Position numbers and translations under genes: made by a program. DNA of 40,173 nucleotides, taken from positions 1-40,173 of the forward strand of contig ML992539.1 of assembly GCA_010093995.1 (NCBI GenBank). The letters are read 5' to 3'. This document shows positions 21,758-32,200 of this stretch, in pieces. The notes below the pieces were generated by a model. That model was not told the origin of the DNA and made no database searches. It saw only the letters and a program-made list of their open reading frames with translations. This stretch comes from Elsinoe ampelina. Taxonomy: Eukaryota. The first letter of the stretch is position 1, and each line of letters begins with the position of its first letter.

Positions 21758-22597
21758 TCACTCCTCAACCTCCTCGATCTTGCGCTTCCTCGACTTGCGC
21801 TCCGCCACAATGACCTCGAACGCCTTCTTCAGCTCGTAATGAAACCTCTCCGACTTTGGCGAGCGACTGCCGCATGAGCATACTGTCAGCTTTCCGAAGA
21901 TATTGTTGAAGAACTTGGTGGAGTCATCGCCGGCCAAGAGTCCGACGACGCTCGGGACTGTCGTGTCGGCGCCATATTTGATGCAGTTGCTGCATTGCGA
22001 AGAGGTGAACAGCTCCATAAGCTCGTCTGCAGACTTGTCCTTGGCGTACTCCCATTCTGTGAGCTTCATGGCTCGGACGAAGGATTGGACGCTTTTCTCC
22101 GACGGCGTAAACATGCAGTAATTTCCAAGGTGGAGGTGCTGCAAGGACTTGGCCCCAGGGAATAAGGTAGACAATGCACTCGACTTCGGGCTCTCCTGAT
22201 ATTCGACAATGCTGATTTCTGTAATGCATGACGCGATCAGTGGTCCAACCCTGTTGAAGAGTTCTCGAGCAGCGAGGTCGTTGTGTAGGACAAAGATTGT
22301 GTTCGAATACATCGGCACGATAGCTTCTTGGGCGAGTTTCTTGCATACTGAGATGATGGCGAAGCCATGGCGTTGTGAACATCGTGTACGAAGATTGAAT
22401 TGATCTGTCCAAGGGATCTTCTGACAGGCAACATCGATAAAGCGAGGTGCGAGGTATCTGAAGATCTCCTGGCGGACTTCTGGTGCGATACCCATCAAGC
22501 TTGCGTCCTTGTATGTCTTCTTCCGGATGCTGTTCTCGGGTCAGATAACGTGAAGGTCCTGCCAGAGTGGTACGTACAGCATTGGTTTGTACGGCAT
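21758..22597 (-). CDS. F-box-like (DUF7730-type) hypothetical protein B, 2 exons, ~263 aa
   Basis: Exon 1 22597-22578, 48-nt intron GTACGT..CTGAC..CAG, exon 2 22529-21758. SLMGIAPEVRQEIFRYL, AIISVCKKLAQEAIVPMYSNTIF, VGP....CITEISI, basic C-terminal NLS-like RKSRKRK. Confidence 0.75.
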
Positions 22598-22990
22598 CGT
22601 TGCGGATGTTGGCCGTGATCGGAGTAACTCTGGTAGTATGAACAGGCTGGAACTACCAGTCTTTTGTGCGATTGCTGATGAAGAGTTGGTAGTGAAGCTG
22701 GAATGAAGTGGAGAAGCTAAGCTTGTGTGTAAGTTTGGACGTGCTGCTGGTAGTACAGCTCGCAGGCAGCAGCTGGCGAAAATGCCAAGCATTCCCTCCC
22801 TGCACCAAGACCTACCTTTCATTGACTTCAATTTCGAGTCTGAATGAGTTTGCTAGGATCAGTTCATGTTTGCACGGACTCACTAACGAAGGATCGTCAG
22901 AGATGCTTGTTGAGTTTCTGTCGTGGTATCGTGATGCTCATAAGAAGCCTTCTTCTCACTGCACAGGTCCTGTACCAGCAGGAGACTACC

Positions 22991-24272
22991 TCAGCTCTTC
23001 TCCAAGAACTCCGTCATCATGTCAAATGCTTCACTCTGTGCCGTCTTGATCTTCTGATCAGCGTACTCGCCGACCACTGCGAAGCCTGTCACCTGTCAGC
23101 CATGTTCTCCTCTACAACAAAGCAACCATACCATGCGGCACACCCTCCCACACCTTCTCCTCCACCTGCACACCCTTCTCCTTCGCGAGCCCCGTCCCAT
23201 AATCCCTCACCTCATCTGTGAACAACCCATCCTCCCTGACCGCCACAATCCCCAGCTTTCCCCCCTCCTTCAACCCCGCAAAATCCTCCTTCCCAATCCC
23301 CGTCCCATGCGCCAACACCCCAGCCTTGATCCACGGGCCCCTCCCCACCATCCCCTCCTCACTCTTCACCGCCGCATCGAACCCCTCCCCTGCCTCTCCC
23401 TCCTTCTCACTCGGACTCGGCAATGCAGCACCCACATCCCTCGTGCCCGCCACCACATCATCCGGCAACTCACTCAACAACAACAAGATATACCTGCCCC
23501 CGAAACAATACCCGGCCCCGTACACCCCGCCCCCATACGCCACAGCATCAGCATACATCTCCTTGGCCGCCGCCACCACCTTTACCAACCTCGGCAGCAC
23601 AGTCGCAGGCGTATGTCTCGCCAACCACATATCGATCCTGAAACTCTTTGCCGTCTCCACGAAGCCGAGCTTGAGTCGCTCGATGAAGCTCGGGTTGGCG
23701 GCGGCGCCGGGCTCGCCTCCGTCGGGGGCCAGGTCGGAGGTGTCCAGCTTGGGGGCTGGGTCGCCGTTGAATTGGTCTGGCATGAGCACGACGTAGCCTT
23801 TTGTGGCCCATTGGTCGGCTTGGAGTTGGTTGTTGGTGGAGTGGATGCCGGTGCCGGGGGAGAGGAGGAGGAGGAGTTTGGCGGGTTGGGAGGGGTAGAA
23901 GGGGGGACAGGTGATGTAAGTTTCTATGCCCGAGAGGGTGGTGATTTCCTGTAGGAAATTAGGGGAGAAGGGGAGGTGAGGGAAGCGGGAGGACGGACGC
24001 CTTGGGGGGTGGAACCGGGAGCTAGGAGGTATTAGCTAATGGTTTGGACAGAGAGAGGCGGAGAGAAGTCATACGGCTTGGTCTGTCTGAGACGCAGTGT
24101 TCCTTCAAGAATCAGCATCAATCACGAATGTGGACCGGAGAAGGTGTACACCCATAGTAGGCTTCTGCCCCTCGTCGGCGCTCGTGGGCGCATCTGCCGT
24201 CTTTTGCTCTTGCGCATCGCTCTCCGGTGCTTTAGTAGCGACATCAATATCTTCGAGATCATCTGCTGCCAT
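22991..24272 (-). CDS. Dienelactone hydrolase family alpha/beta-hydrolase, 5 exons, ~361 aa
   Basis: Exons 24272-24150, 24102-24075, 24021-23999, 23948-23132, 23085-22991. MGEHCVSDRP, NNQLQADQWA..GYVVLMPDQF.GD, nucleophile GYCFGG, EDGLF, VPHGFAVVGEY. Confidence 0.9.
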
Positions 24273-24647
24273 TGTTGCGTTTGGTGCAGGTGAACGGTGT
24301 GGTGATTGAAATGAAACAAGTCAAGTTGACAGACGGCGGGGCTGTGAAGGAAACGCGTCAGGCCGAGGGGATCACCAGGACAGCTCAAGCTTTGGCATCA
24401 ACCACTCCTTGTCACAAGTCATGAACGTCAAAAATCATTAGATCTGCAATTCCGAAAGTCTGCCTGTCTAAAGTACATCATGGACGTAATGGTATGAAGA
24501 GTAAAGGTCCATCGAAAGGTCATTGCCGACCGTCAATCATCTACCGCTTTTTCAGTCCAGCGAGGTCATGAGAAAGCAAACCCGTCAATCACCCATGATC
24601 TCTGCCTTGCCTTTTCCCTTGTCCTCCTCCAATGGAGAATAAGGGTT

Positions 24648-25324
24648 CTACTCCTTCTGCTGCAGCTTCTGCGAGTATGACTCCTTCTTCTGCTTGGCCT
24701 GTCCGATAAACTCATCCTTCTTCTGTGCAGCCTCATCCTTCTTGGGTCCGAGCCAGTCGGCAGCGATCTGAAGAGCATCGCTGGCAATCCTCATCTCGGT
24801 GCTGATGATAGACAGGCCGAATGACCAGATACCTGGACCACGACCATTGCGCTTGACCGTCTTGTTGTACTCATCCTGCCAGGTGCTGAGGACGTAGTCC
24901 TTGCCGTCGAAAGCGAGCTGGACGGGCCAGAAAGCGTAGCCCTTGGCAGTACCGACGATGGTGTTGGTGTCCTCCTTGACGATGGGAAAACGGTTGTCGA
25001 CGCTGTTCAACACATTGTCGGCGAGAGAATCGGCCTTCTCAACGTATGGCTTTGCGTAGCTGTACGGGACACGGAGATGGGGCTCAATAGGCTTGCCGAT
25101 CTTGGTGTAGGCAGCGTCGGCGATCTCGATGGATTTGGCGCCGTACTGGTTGGACTTGACAGTATCAATTCCATCAGAGACGATGGGGTATGACTTGAGA
25201 TGCTTGACGTTGTTAGCACATTTAAGAGAGTGATGCAGAGAGATCATACCGAGAGGAACTGGCTTTTGGAGTCACCGTTAGTGAGCACCTGCGTTTGGCT
25301 CATCTTGTCTTCAGCGTGTGGCAT
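24648..25324 (-). CDS. CAP20: Perilipin-like lipid-droplet protein CAP20/MPL1, 2 coding exons
   Basis: Two in-frame ATGs (25324 MPHAEDK; 25303 MSQTQVLTNGD). Exon 1 ends at 25250, intron GTATGA..GCTAAC..AAG, exon 2 25202-24648. SQFLSHLKSYPIVSDGI..VKSNQYGAKSI, PYSYAKPYVEKADSLAD..L..VD.RFPIVKEDT, GKDYVLSTWQDEY. Confidence 0.9.
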
Positions 25325-25328
25325 GTGT

Positions 25329-25382
25329 CTGAGATACTGTCAGTGTTATACACGACTTGATAGCGATGAGTAGTAGACTGAC
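25329..25382 (-). other. Probable 5'-UTR intron of CAP20
   Basis: CAG|GTCAGT...ACTGAC...TCTCAG, 54 nt, ending 4 nt before the first in-frame ATG; size matches the other introns here. Confidence 0.6.
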
Positions 25383-26755
25383 CTGTGGAGGATGTGAATG
25401 TGAGATGTGTAGCTCTGAGGAATCGCCGGAAGCGATTGTGGACGAAGCTAGAGGAATGCCAATGAGCTCGGTTGCACTGACGATGAGGGATGATGAGCTG
25501 CAGGAATGTTGCAGCAGAAGGGTGGTGGTGTGGGAAAAAGCAATAGAAGTGGGTGCTGCAGCGGTCAAGGATAAAAAGTGAAGCAGGTACAATGGTGGCA
25601 GGTCAAGCTTATCTTGTGCGAAGAAACGATCCTTTACGCGCCATCGTTCCTTCCCACTCTACACAAGACGAGCACATGTCAAATGAGCCACACCGGTCCC
25701 ACTTCGCAGGCTGTCACTTTTTGTTGCAGGCTATCTCGCGGGCTGAGAATCAGGGAAAGCGGCCACGAGAGCACGAGCTGGCAGCACGAGGGACCAAGAG
25801 GAAGAGACACGCGAATTTGACATGTGAAAGTCCAAGGATGGCCGCTGTGACGTGAGGCGTTCTCGATCGAGCTCTGTGATTGGCGGTCCGGTTTGACGGG
25901 ACGAGGGCGTGGGGCGGGAAGGACGGGCTCGTTTCCGTTTATGGACGGGTGCTGCATCTCAACAACTGCATATTATTCCATCATATCGCGACGGCAGCCA
26001 TGATCCATCAGATGTTGTTGCCTTTGTGTGTGTCACTGCTGGCCGCCATCACGATATGAATGGTCAATTTTATCTGAGACACCAGTCGTTGTGGTCCGAA
26101 TGACTCGAGTAACAGACATGTGAACATGGCCTGAGAAGAATGGCAGAAACAGACCTGGCTGTCAATGTCAGAGCTGCATCCCACGCTATTCACCCCTGGA
26201 CAGGCGCGTCAGACAAGATCCAACGTCCAGCTTGCAGGATCTTCCAATGTGCCGAAAAGGATGGATGCTTGATCTGGTCCCGTATCGTTTCTGTCCTGAA
26301 TGTCATCTCGGTCATTGATGTCTGTCTCAAATCCTGCATCAATACCACGAGTTCTCGACATGAGGTGTGTGGACAGAAGCCTTCCCTCGGCAGGTCAGTC
26401 CATCTTCACATGCCATGTAGTCAAGTAGTTCACGCATCAGTAGTGGGTCTCAAATGTTGGTTGACCTGCAGCTGTGGAGCTTATATTCTAGGTTGTATTC
26501 GGTACACGGAACATGATCAGGGTTTTGAGGCCCGAAGCCATCCGCGCCATCTCGCTTGCCGCATCGCGACAATCGCGAGCGAGGCATGATTACTTGATAA
26601 CCACGGGTATCGCACACGGCTCTCATCATCTCGACTTGCGGCTGACGGCAAGTGTTCCCCGAGGCCTGGTTATTGCTGGTGGCTTGCATCGCCTGGACGC
26701 CTTGTCGGGATATCATTCATCGCTTCAGCTCGGATAGCGACAACTTCATCACCTC

Positions 26756-28957
26756 TCAACCACCTTCCTTCTCCTTCGCCTGCTGGCTTCTCTCCCAGAA
26801 CTCCAACCCCGCCGCGGCCAAGAAACACGGCACCTCCCCTCTCCCCTCGATCCAGAATTCCACCATATCTCTTATCTCTTGCGCGAACCTGGACCTTTCC
26901 CCGCCCGAGACCTTCATGGTCCCCTTCTCGCTGTCAAAAAGGATGAAGTTCTCCTCTTCCTCACCCGTCTCCGGATTGATCCCGGTTGGGTAGTACACTG
27001 GCGAGAGCTGCAGCTTGCCGTGCGGGAGGAACTTGACTGTCCAACCAAGTGTAGACGCGACGGCTTCTTGAAACTCGATCACTTTGCCCGACCAGATCTG
27101 GCGCAAGCGGAGTGTCTTCTTGTCTCGTTGTGCTAATTCAGCATCCTTCTCCTCGAGTTGTAGCTTCAAAGAGTCTACAACAGCGGCAGGCACAGAGGCA
27201 GGTGGAGGTGACCGGCCTTTGATCTGGGCTAGCAGAGCCTCATTCTCGGCCTGAAGCGTCTTGAGTGTTGAAGCTCGAATGGCCTGGAATTGAGCTGTTG
27301 GATTGTTCGAAAGCTCGAGCACTCTTGTCCGGCTGGACTCTCTCAGAGCGGCAAGCTGTGCGTTACTGGCCTTGAGATCGTTCGTCAAGGTGGCGTTCTT
27401 CGAGTCCAGCGACACAACAGCACCTTGTAGCTTTCGAAGCTTCCGTTGCAGTGTGCCCATAGCCTCGTTCTCTTCCGAGTCTGGGGCGGGCCGCTTCAGT
27501 GACGGCTGTGCAGGAGCCGGTGCAGGCTGTGCTTCAAGCTTGGTAAGCTGTGCGTGAAGTTCCGAGATCTCCTTCTTGTACTCGTCCACTAGAGCTTCAA
27601 GCTCTGCCGTCTTGGAGGTTGTGCCTTGATCTGCCCTGTCTGGATCGAACTCTGTCGTTTCGTCTTCGAGTGATTTGAGTTGAGCTCGTAAGTACTCGAC
27701 CTCTTTCACTGCGAGCATCCTCTGTCTTTCCAATCGCGCTCGAGCCTTTGCATCACCACTCGCGGTGCCGTCTCCACCCATGGTCTTCAGTCTCTTCAAC
27801 TCAGCTTGAAGAGTCGTCCGCTCCTGCTCCAAAGCATTGATAGCTTCATCCTTGACCGCCAACTCCGGCTGTATCTGTCCCATCTGTTCCACTAACTGCA
27901 GCTTCTCCATCCTCTCCTTGACAAACGCCCTCGCCATCTCTTCCGGGCTATCAAACGCCGCCTCCCCCTCCTGATTCTCCAAATATGTAGCCCAAGCTCT
28001 TCTCTCATCCTCCAACATTCTCCTCTTGATCTCACTCTCGCTCAACTCCCTCCTCACATCATCCAGCAACCCCAACTTTCCCTCCAAAACCCTCTTCTCC
28101 TCCTCCACAACCTCCACCGCCTTCCTCTCCCTCCTCAACCTCTTCACCTCCCCACTCATCTCCGCATTCACCTTCTCCAACCTCTTGATATGCCCCACCT
28201 GCTCCCCCAACTCCCTCTTCACCACCCCCAACGTCTCCTGATCCCCCGTCACAGCCTTCAACCTCAACACCTCCTGCTCCAACTCCCCCACCCTCTTCTC
28301 CCTCCCCTGCACCTCCTCCTTCAACCCCCTCACCGTCTCCCCCAACCCATCCCTCTCCCCCTCCGCCCTCTCCAACCTACTCTCCAACCCCTTCACCCTC
28401 CCCTCCACCTCCCTCACCCCCCGCTCCGCCTCCCTCCTCACCATCTCCACCTCCGTCCTCCCCTCCTCCACCTCCTCCTTCAACCCCCTGACCTCCTCCC
28501 CCCTCTCCCTAACCCTCCTCTCCAACTCCGCCCGTTCATTCGCCCCCCTCGTCTCCCGCTCTCCCATCTCCCTCCTCCCCTCCTCCAGCCTCCTCTCCGC
28601 CTGCGCCCTCCCCCTCTCCGCCTCCGCGGCCCGCTTCGCCTCAACCTCCACCCTCCGCTCCGCCTCCCGGATCTCGCACGCGAGCTTCTCGACTTGCATC
28701 GCGCGGTCTTGCTTCAGCGTGTCCAGCTCGTACTGCAGCGTGTTGAGTTGTGCGCGCAGGGTTTCGTTGTCGATTGTGCTTCGCGCCGGGACGGCGGAGG
28801 GGGCACCCGCGAGCGATTGGCGGAGTTTGCTGGTGGTGGCGTTGGCGGAGAGGGAGGTGCGGCGGGTGGAGGAGGCGAGGGGGAGGCGGGAGGGGTTCGA
28901 GGAGGTGTCCCCTGTGATGAGGTCGTAGGTCGGGAGTTGGTTGCGGGCGGCTGCCAT
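26756..28957 (-). CDS. MAD1: Spindle assembly checkpoint protein Mad1, single exon, ~733 aa
   Basis: First ATG at 28957 (MAAARNQLPTYDLITG). Long coiled coil, FDSPEEMARA, RARLERQRMLAVKEVEYLRAQL, Mad2-interaction motif RVLELSNNP, RL(R)QIW..K..EFQEAVASTLGW, C-terminal EVPCFLAAAGLEFWE. Confidence 0.95.
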   Translation of the reverse strand: MAAARNQLPTYDLITGDTSSNPSRLPLASSTRRTSLSANATTSKLRQSLAGAPSAVPARSTIDNETLRAQLNTLQYELDTLKQDRAMQVEKLACEIREAERRVEVEAKRAAEAERGRAQAERRLEEGRREMGERETRGANERAELERRVRERGEEVRGLKEEVEEGRTEVEMVRREAERGVREVEGRVKGLESRLERAEGERDGLGETVRGLKEEVQGREKRVGELEQEVLRLKAVTGDQETLGVVKRELGEQVGHIKRLEKVNAEMSGEVKRLRRERKAVEVVEEEKRVLEGKLGLLDDVRRELSESEIKRRMLEDERRAWATYLENQEGEAAFDSPEEMARAFVKERMEKLQLVEQMGQIQPELAVKDEAINALEQERTTLQAELKRLKTMGGDGTASGDAKARARLERQRMLAVKEVEYLRAQLKSLEDETTEFDPDRADQGTTSKTAELEALVDEYKKEISELHAQLTKLEAQPAPAPAQPSLKRPAPDSEENEAMGTLQRKLRKLQGAVVSLDSKNATLTNDLKASNAQLAALRESSRTRVLELSNNPTAQFQAIRASTLKTLQAENEALLAQIKGRSPPPASVPAAVVDSLKLQLEEKDAELAQRDKKTLRLRQIWSGKVIEFQEAVASTLGWTVKFLPHGKLQLSPVYYPTGINPETGEEEENFILFDSEKGTMKVSGGERSRFAQEIRDMVEFWIEGRGEVPCFLAAAGLEFWERSQQAKEKEGG

Positions 28958-29164
28958 TGTTTGGGGTTCAGGAGTGGTCAACAGAGGAGTGTGGATGAAT
29001 TCTTGAGTCAAGGAGTGAGATTTGTCGGCGGCATCGTCGAATGTGAAAATTGGGTGTGCGCTGTGGATGCGTCGACGTGTTTGTTGATTCGAAGGTGAAG
29101 CTTTGGACTTTTGCGGAGTTTGAGGGCGGAGGTGCAGAGCCGCATGCGGATCGTGGAGCGTTAG

Positions 29165-29172
29165 CACGTGAC
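29165..29172 (-). promoter_or_regulatory. bHLH/Cbf1-type site GTCACGTG upstream of MAD1
   Basis: CACGTGAC on + strand, about 210 bp upstream of the MAD1 ATG in a 340-bp intergenic gap. Confidence 0.35.
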
Positions 29173-29296
29173 CTGTTCTGGCGGGGCCACAGCAGATGAC
29201 TGGATCACGTCAACGCCGACATGGGATGGCAGAGGATTCAATAGAGTGCTGTATCATTCATATTGTCGACTTTATGTACACATTCCTCTTTGTCAT

Positions 29297-32200
29297 CTAA
29301 GCACTACTATCCCTCCACATCTCCCCAATCTCCACCCTCCCAACAGACCACACCTCCCTCTCGTCCTCCTCCTCATCTGCACTGAGCCAACTTTCGCCTG
29401 GCCCAGCCTTACTCGTACGACCTTCTGCTTCTCTGCGCTCTCTGGCTTGTGCTCCCAATCTGACCGCCACTCTCTTGAAGTAGTCACCCATGCTTCGCTT
29501 CGTATTCGGTGGCAGGTCCTTGCCTTCTTTCTCGAGATACTTCTCAAAGTCCTCTGCTTCGTTATCCACTACATCGAAGATGGCGAGGAATGCCTGCTCA
29601 GCCGCAAGCTTGACTGGAATCAGTGGATCGCGGACAACACCAAAGACGGGTGGGACCAGTATCGACAGGTAGGGCGCGATCAGGTCCGGGTGGCTGTGTC
29701 TGGCAATCGTCCGGATGACAATGAGTGACAGACGACGAGCATCGACTGAAGCGCCTCCTGTTGGCGGTATGATGCTGACTAGGGCATCGAGGATTGGTTG
29801 GACATGTGCTTCGTCCTTGGGTGAGCTCGCGGACAGGAAGTACTTGCCGGATGCGACGACGAAGTTCTCTGACAGCTGCGGATTCTGATAGTGGTTAGTA
29901 CTGACACTCTCAGGCAGGAAGGGGTATACTTACAGAGTTTTTGATGCCTTGCGCCACGAGATTGACAAGGACATCAGCATAGTTGGCTGTCAAAGCTTCC
30001 GGCGCTTCAAGCAAGATTGCATTGAGCGCAAGCACAGATGGGTATGTCGGATGAGGTGTCAACACGCGGTTCTTGATGAGACCAGCGGCAGCATCCGCGG
30101 GCAAGACCTTGATAAGAGCCCCAAGAAGTCTTGCATTTGTGATGATCATGCCAGGGTCAGCTTCTCCAGAGTCTGCATCTATTAAACCAAGGATGGCATT
30201 TCTGCTGGCTTCGTTCATAGCTGAGCCAGCTTTGCTGACCACTTCGAAGAGTGCTTTCAGCATAGCAGAGCGGACACCTGCGTCTGGAGTCTTGGAGCCG
30301 GTGACGAGCTCGGTGATCAGTGGATCGATGCGAGGCGTGAGCGTTATGAGTGTGCCCAGAGCTTTCGCAGCTCTTGTCCGCAAGATCTCAGACGATGGAT
30401 CAGCCAGTGACTTGGCAAAGGTGCGTTGCAATTGCGGCAGAAAGGGTTTGAGGAAGGTCGGGATCTTCTCAAGCAAGTTGTTGAGTGTAAGCAGAATAGC
30501 CGACTTGACATCCACGGATCGCTCAGAAACAACACGAATGAGTGGACCTGTGATCTGTGTAACAAACGGCTTGAGCCCATCTGCACTTGTTCTGTCGATG
30601 ATGTCCGAGATGGCCAGTGCGGCTTGCGTCCTCTGTTCCGCAGTACCGTTCATCAAACCCTGCAAGAAGATTGGCAGGATAGCGTTGATACCCTTCGGCA
30701 GGGAGAAACCTGGTAGATTGTGCCCAGCCACACCGACTTGATTGAGCGTTTGCCTCGTGGAGATGACAAGCCCTTCCATTTCTTCTTTTCGAAGGCGGCT
30801 CGTGAGTGCACTAAGAGCAGTCCAAGCAGCCTTGATGACCTCCGTATCACTATCGTCGAATGCCAGCAGCAGAGCACGAATGAGGTCAGGGTAGTATCTG
30901 GAGAAATCCATCTCCGCGGACTGGAAGAATTTGGCAAGATGATGGTCGGCTGCTGCTCTCTTTCTGTGATCATCATGCTTGACAAGAGCCAGCATGACGC
31001 TCATGGCAGTGTTCAGACCGTCGTATTCATCCACGGATTGCAGCACAGTGTCCAAGGCAGTGTCGAGTTCTGACTTGAGCTCTTCGTCCTTGCACGAGAC
31101 GGTGGCGTCCATGAGAGAATTGAGGATGTTCGGAAGTCTCCTGGTCATACTTGAGCCAGCCACTTCGGCAAGAGAAGCCAATGCACGGGCATTGAATGCG
31201 CTGATCGGAGGGGTGAGAAGTGTTGGGAGTAAGTTGGGGAGGATGATGTTGGCGCGAGTCTGCTCAGTGAGCAGTGTGAGGAGTGCGGACAGAGCATTGT
31301 CAGCACCATCATCGGACCGCAGTAGACTGAGCAGATGAGGCAGAACCTGATCAACAGCTTTCTTGCCCAAGATCTTCTGCAACGAATCGAATGCTTCGGC
31401 GGCTGCCTCTCGCACATCAGCATCAGAGTCGACCAGGGCAGTCCTGACTACCGAAATGAGAGTCTTCTCATACTCCTCCAATGTGTCTGGAGATGCCGAG
31501 CTAATCAGCTCTCGCAGAGCGATACAGATACCTTGCCTAGAGTCTGAATCTGTCGATGTCTGCAGGCCTTCTTCAAGGGTGGGAAGCAGTGTTGACAGCA
31601 CACTTTCGCCAGCCTTCCTAATAAGCTCACCAAGAGCATTACCCGCGATCACCTTCTGCTCCATATTCGAGCTGGCCAGGCGGCGGATAAGAAGTTGAGT
31701 AAGAGTCGGCACAAGTTCGCGAAGTGTCCTAGGTGTAGCGACCAAGGCCTTCCAGACATTGATCGCAGCAGCTCTGACGAGACCAGATGTGTCATTACGG
31801 CAGATATACAGAGCAGAGAGGACCTTGTTTCGCTTCTCTTCGCCAAGCACTTCCAAGAGCGATGCACCGGCTTCGTTGGCGTCTTCTTCCTCCTCGTCCG
31901 CTTCCGTTGTGCCACTGATACCAGTGAGGTTGAAAAGTAGGTCTCCGACGAGCTCAACGGAAGACAGACGGATACGGTAGCTGTCATCTGCAAGACCACG
32001 CTCGAGCTCAGGAAGTAGGAGGTCGATTGCTCTGGTAGCAAAGTTTTTGACAAGCAAGCGACCAGCACGAAGCGACGTTTCTCTAATCGACTCGACCTCA
32101 TCGGCCAGACCCGCAAGAATAGGAGGGATGATTTTGCTAAGGTAATTTGCGAAACTGTTACCGAACGTTGCCGGCAAGAAGATGAACAGCGACATGAAGC

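Noticed and set aside
25600..26750. Several 60-150 aa ORFs between CAP20 and MAD1
   Set aside because: Cys/Arg/Ser-rich random-looking translations in all frames; treated as CAP20 promoter and MAD1 3' region.
28190..29098. 302-aa Pro/Leu/His-rich plus-strand ORF (similarly 23133-23954, 10394-11368, 19378-20097, 10129-10821)
   Set aside because: Antisense or alternate-frame ORFs produced by extreme base skew, which depletes stop codons; they overlap well-supported genes.
1..29167. Apparent cell-cycle gene cluster (Mis14, Sld2, Mad1)
   Set aside because: The genes are 7-18 kb apart and interspersed with unrelated genes; compatible with chance.
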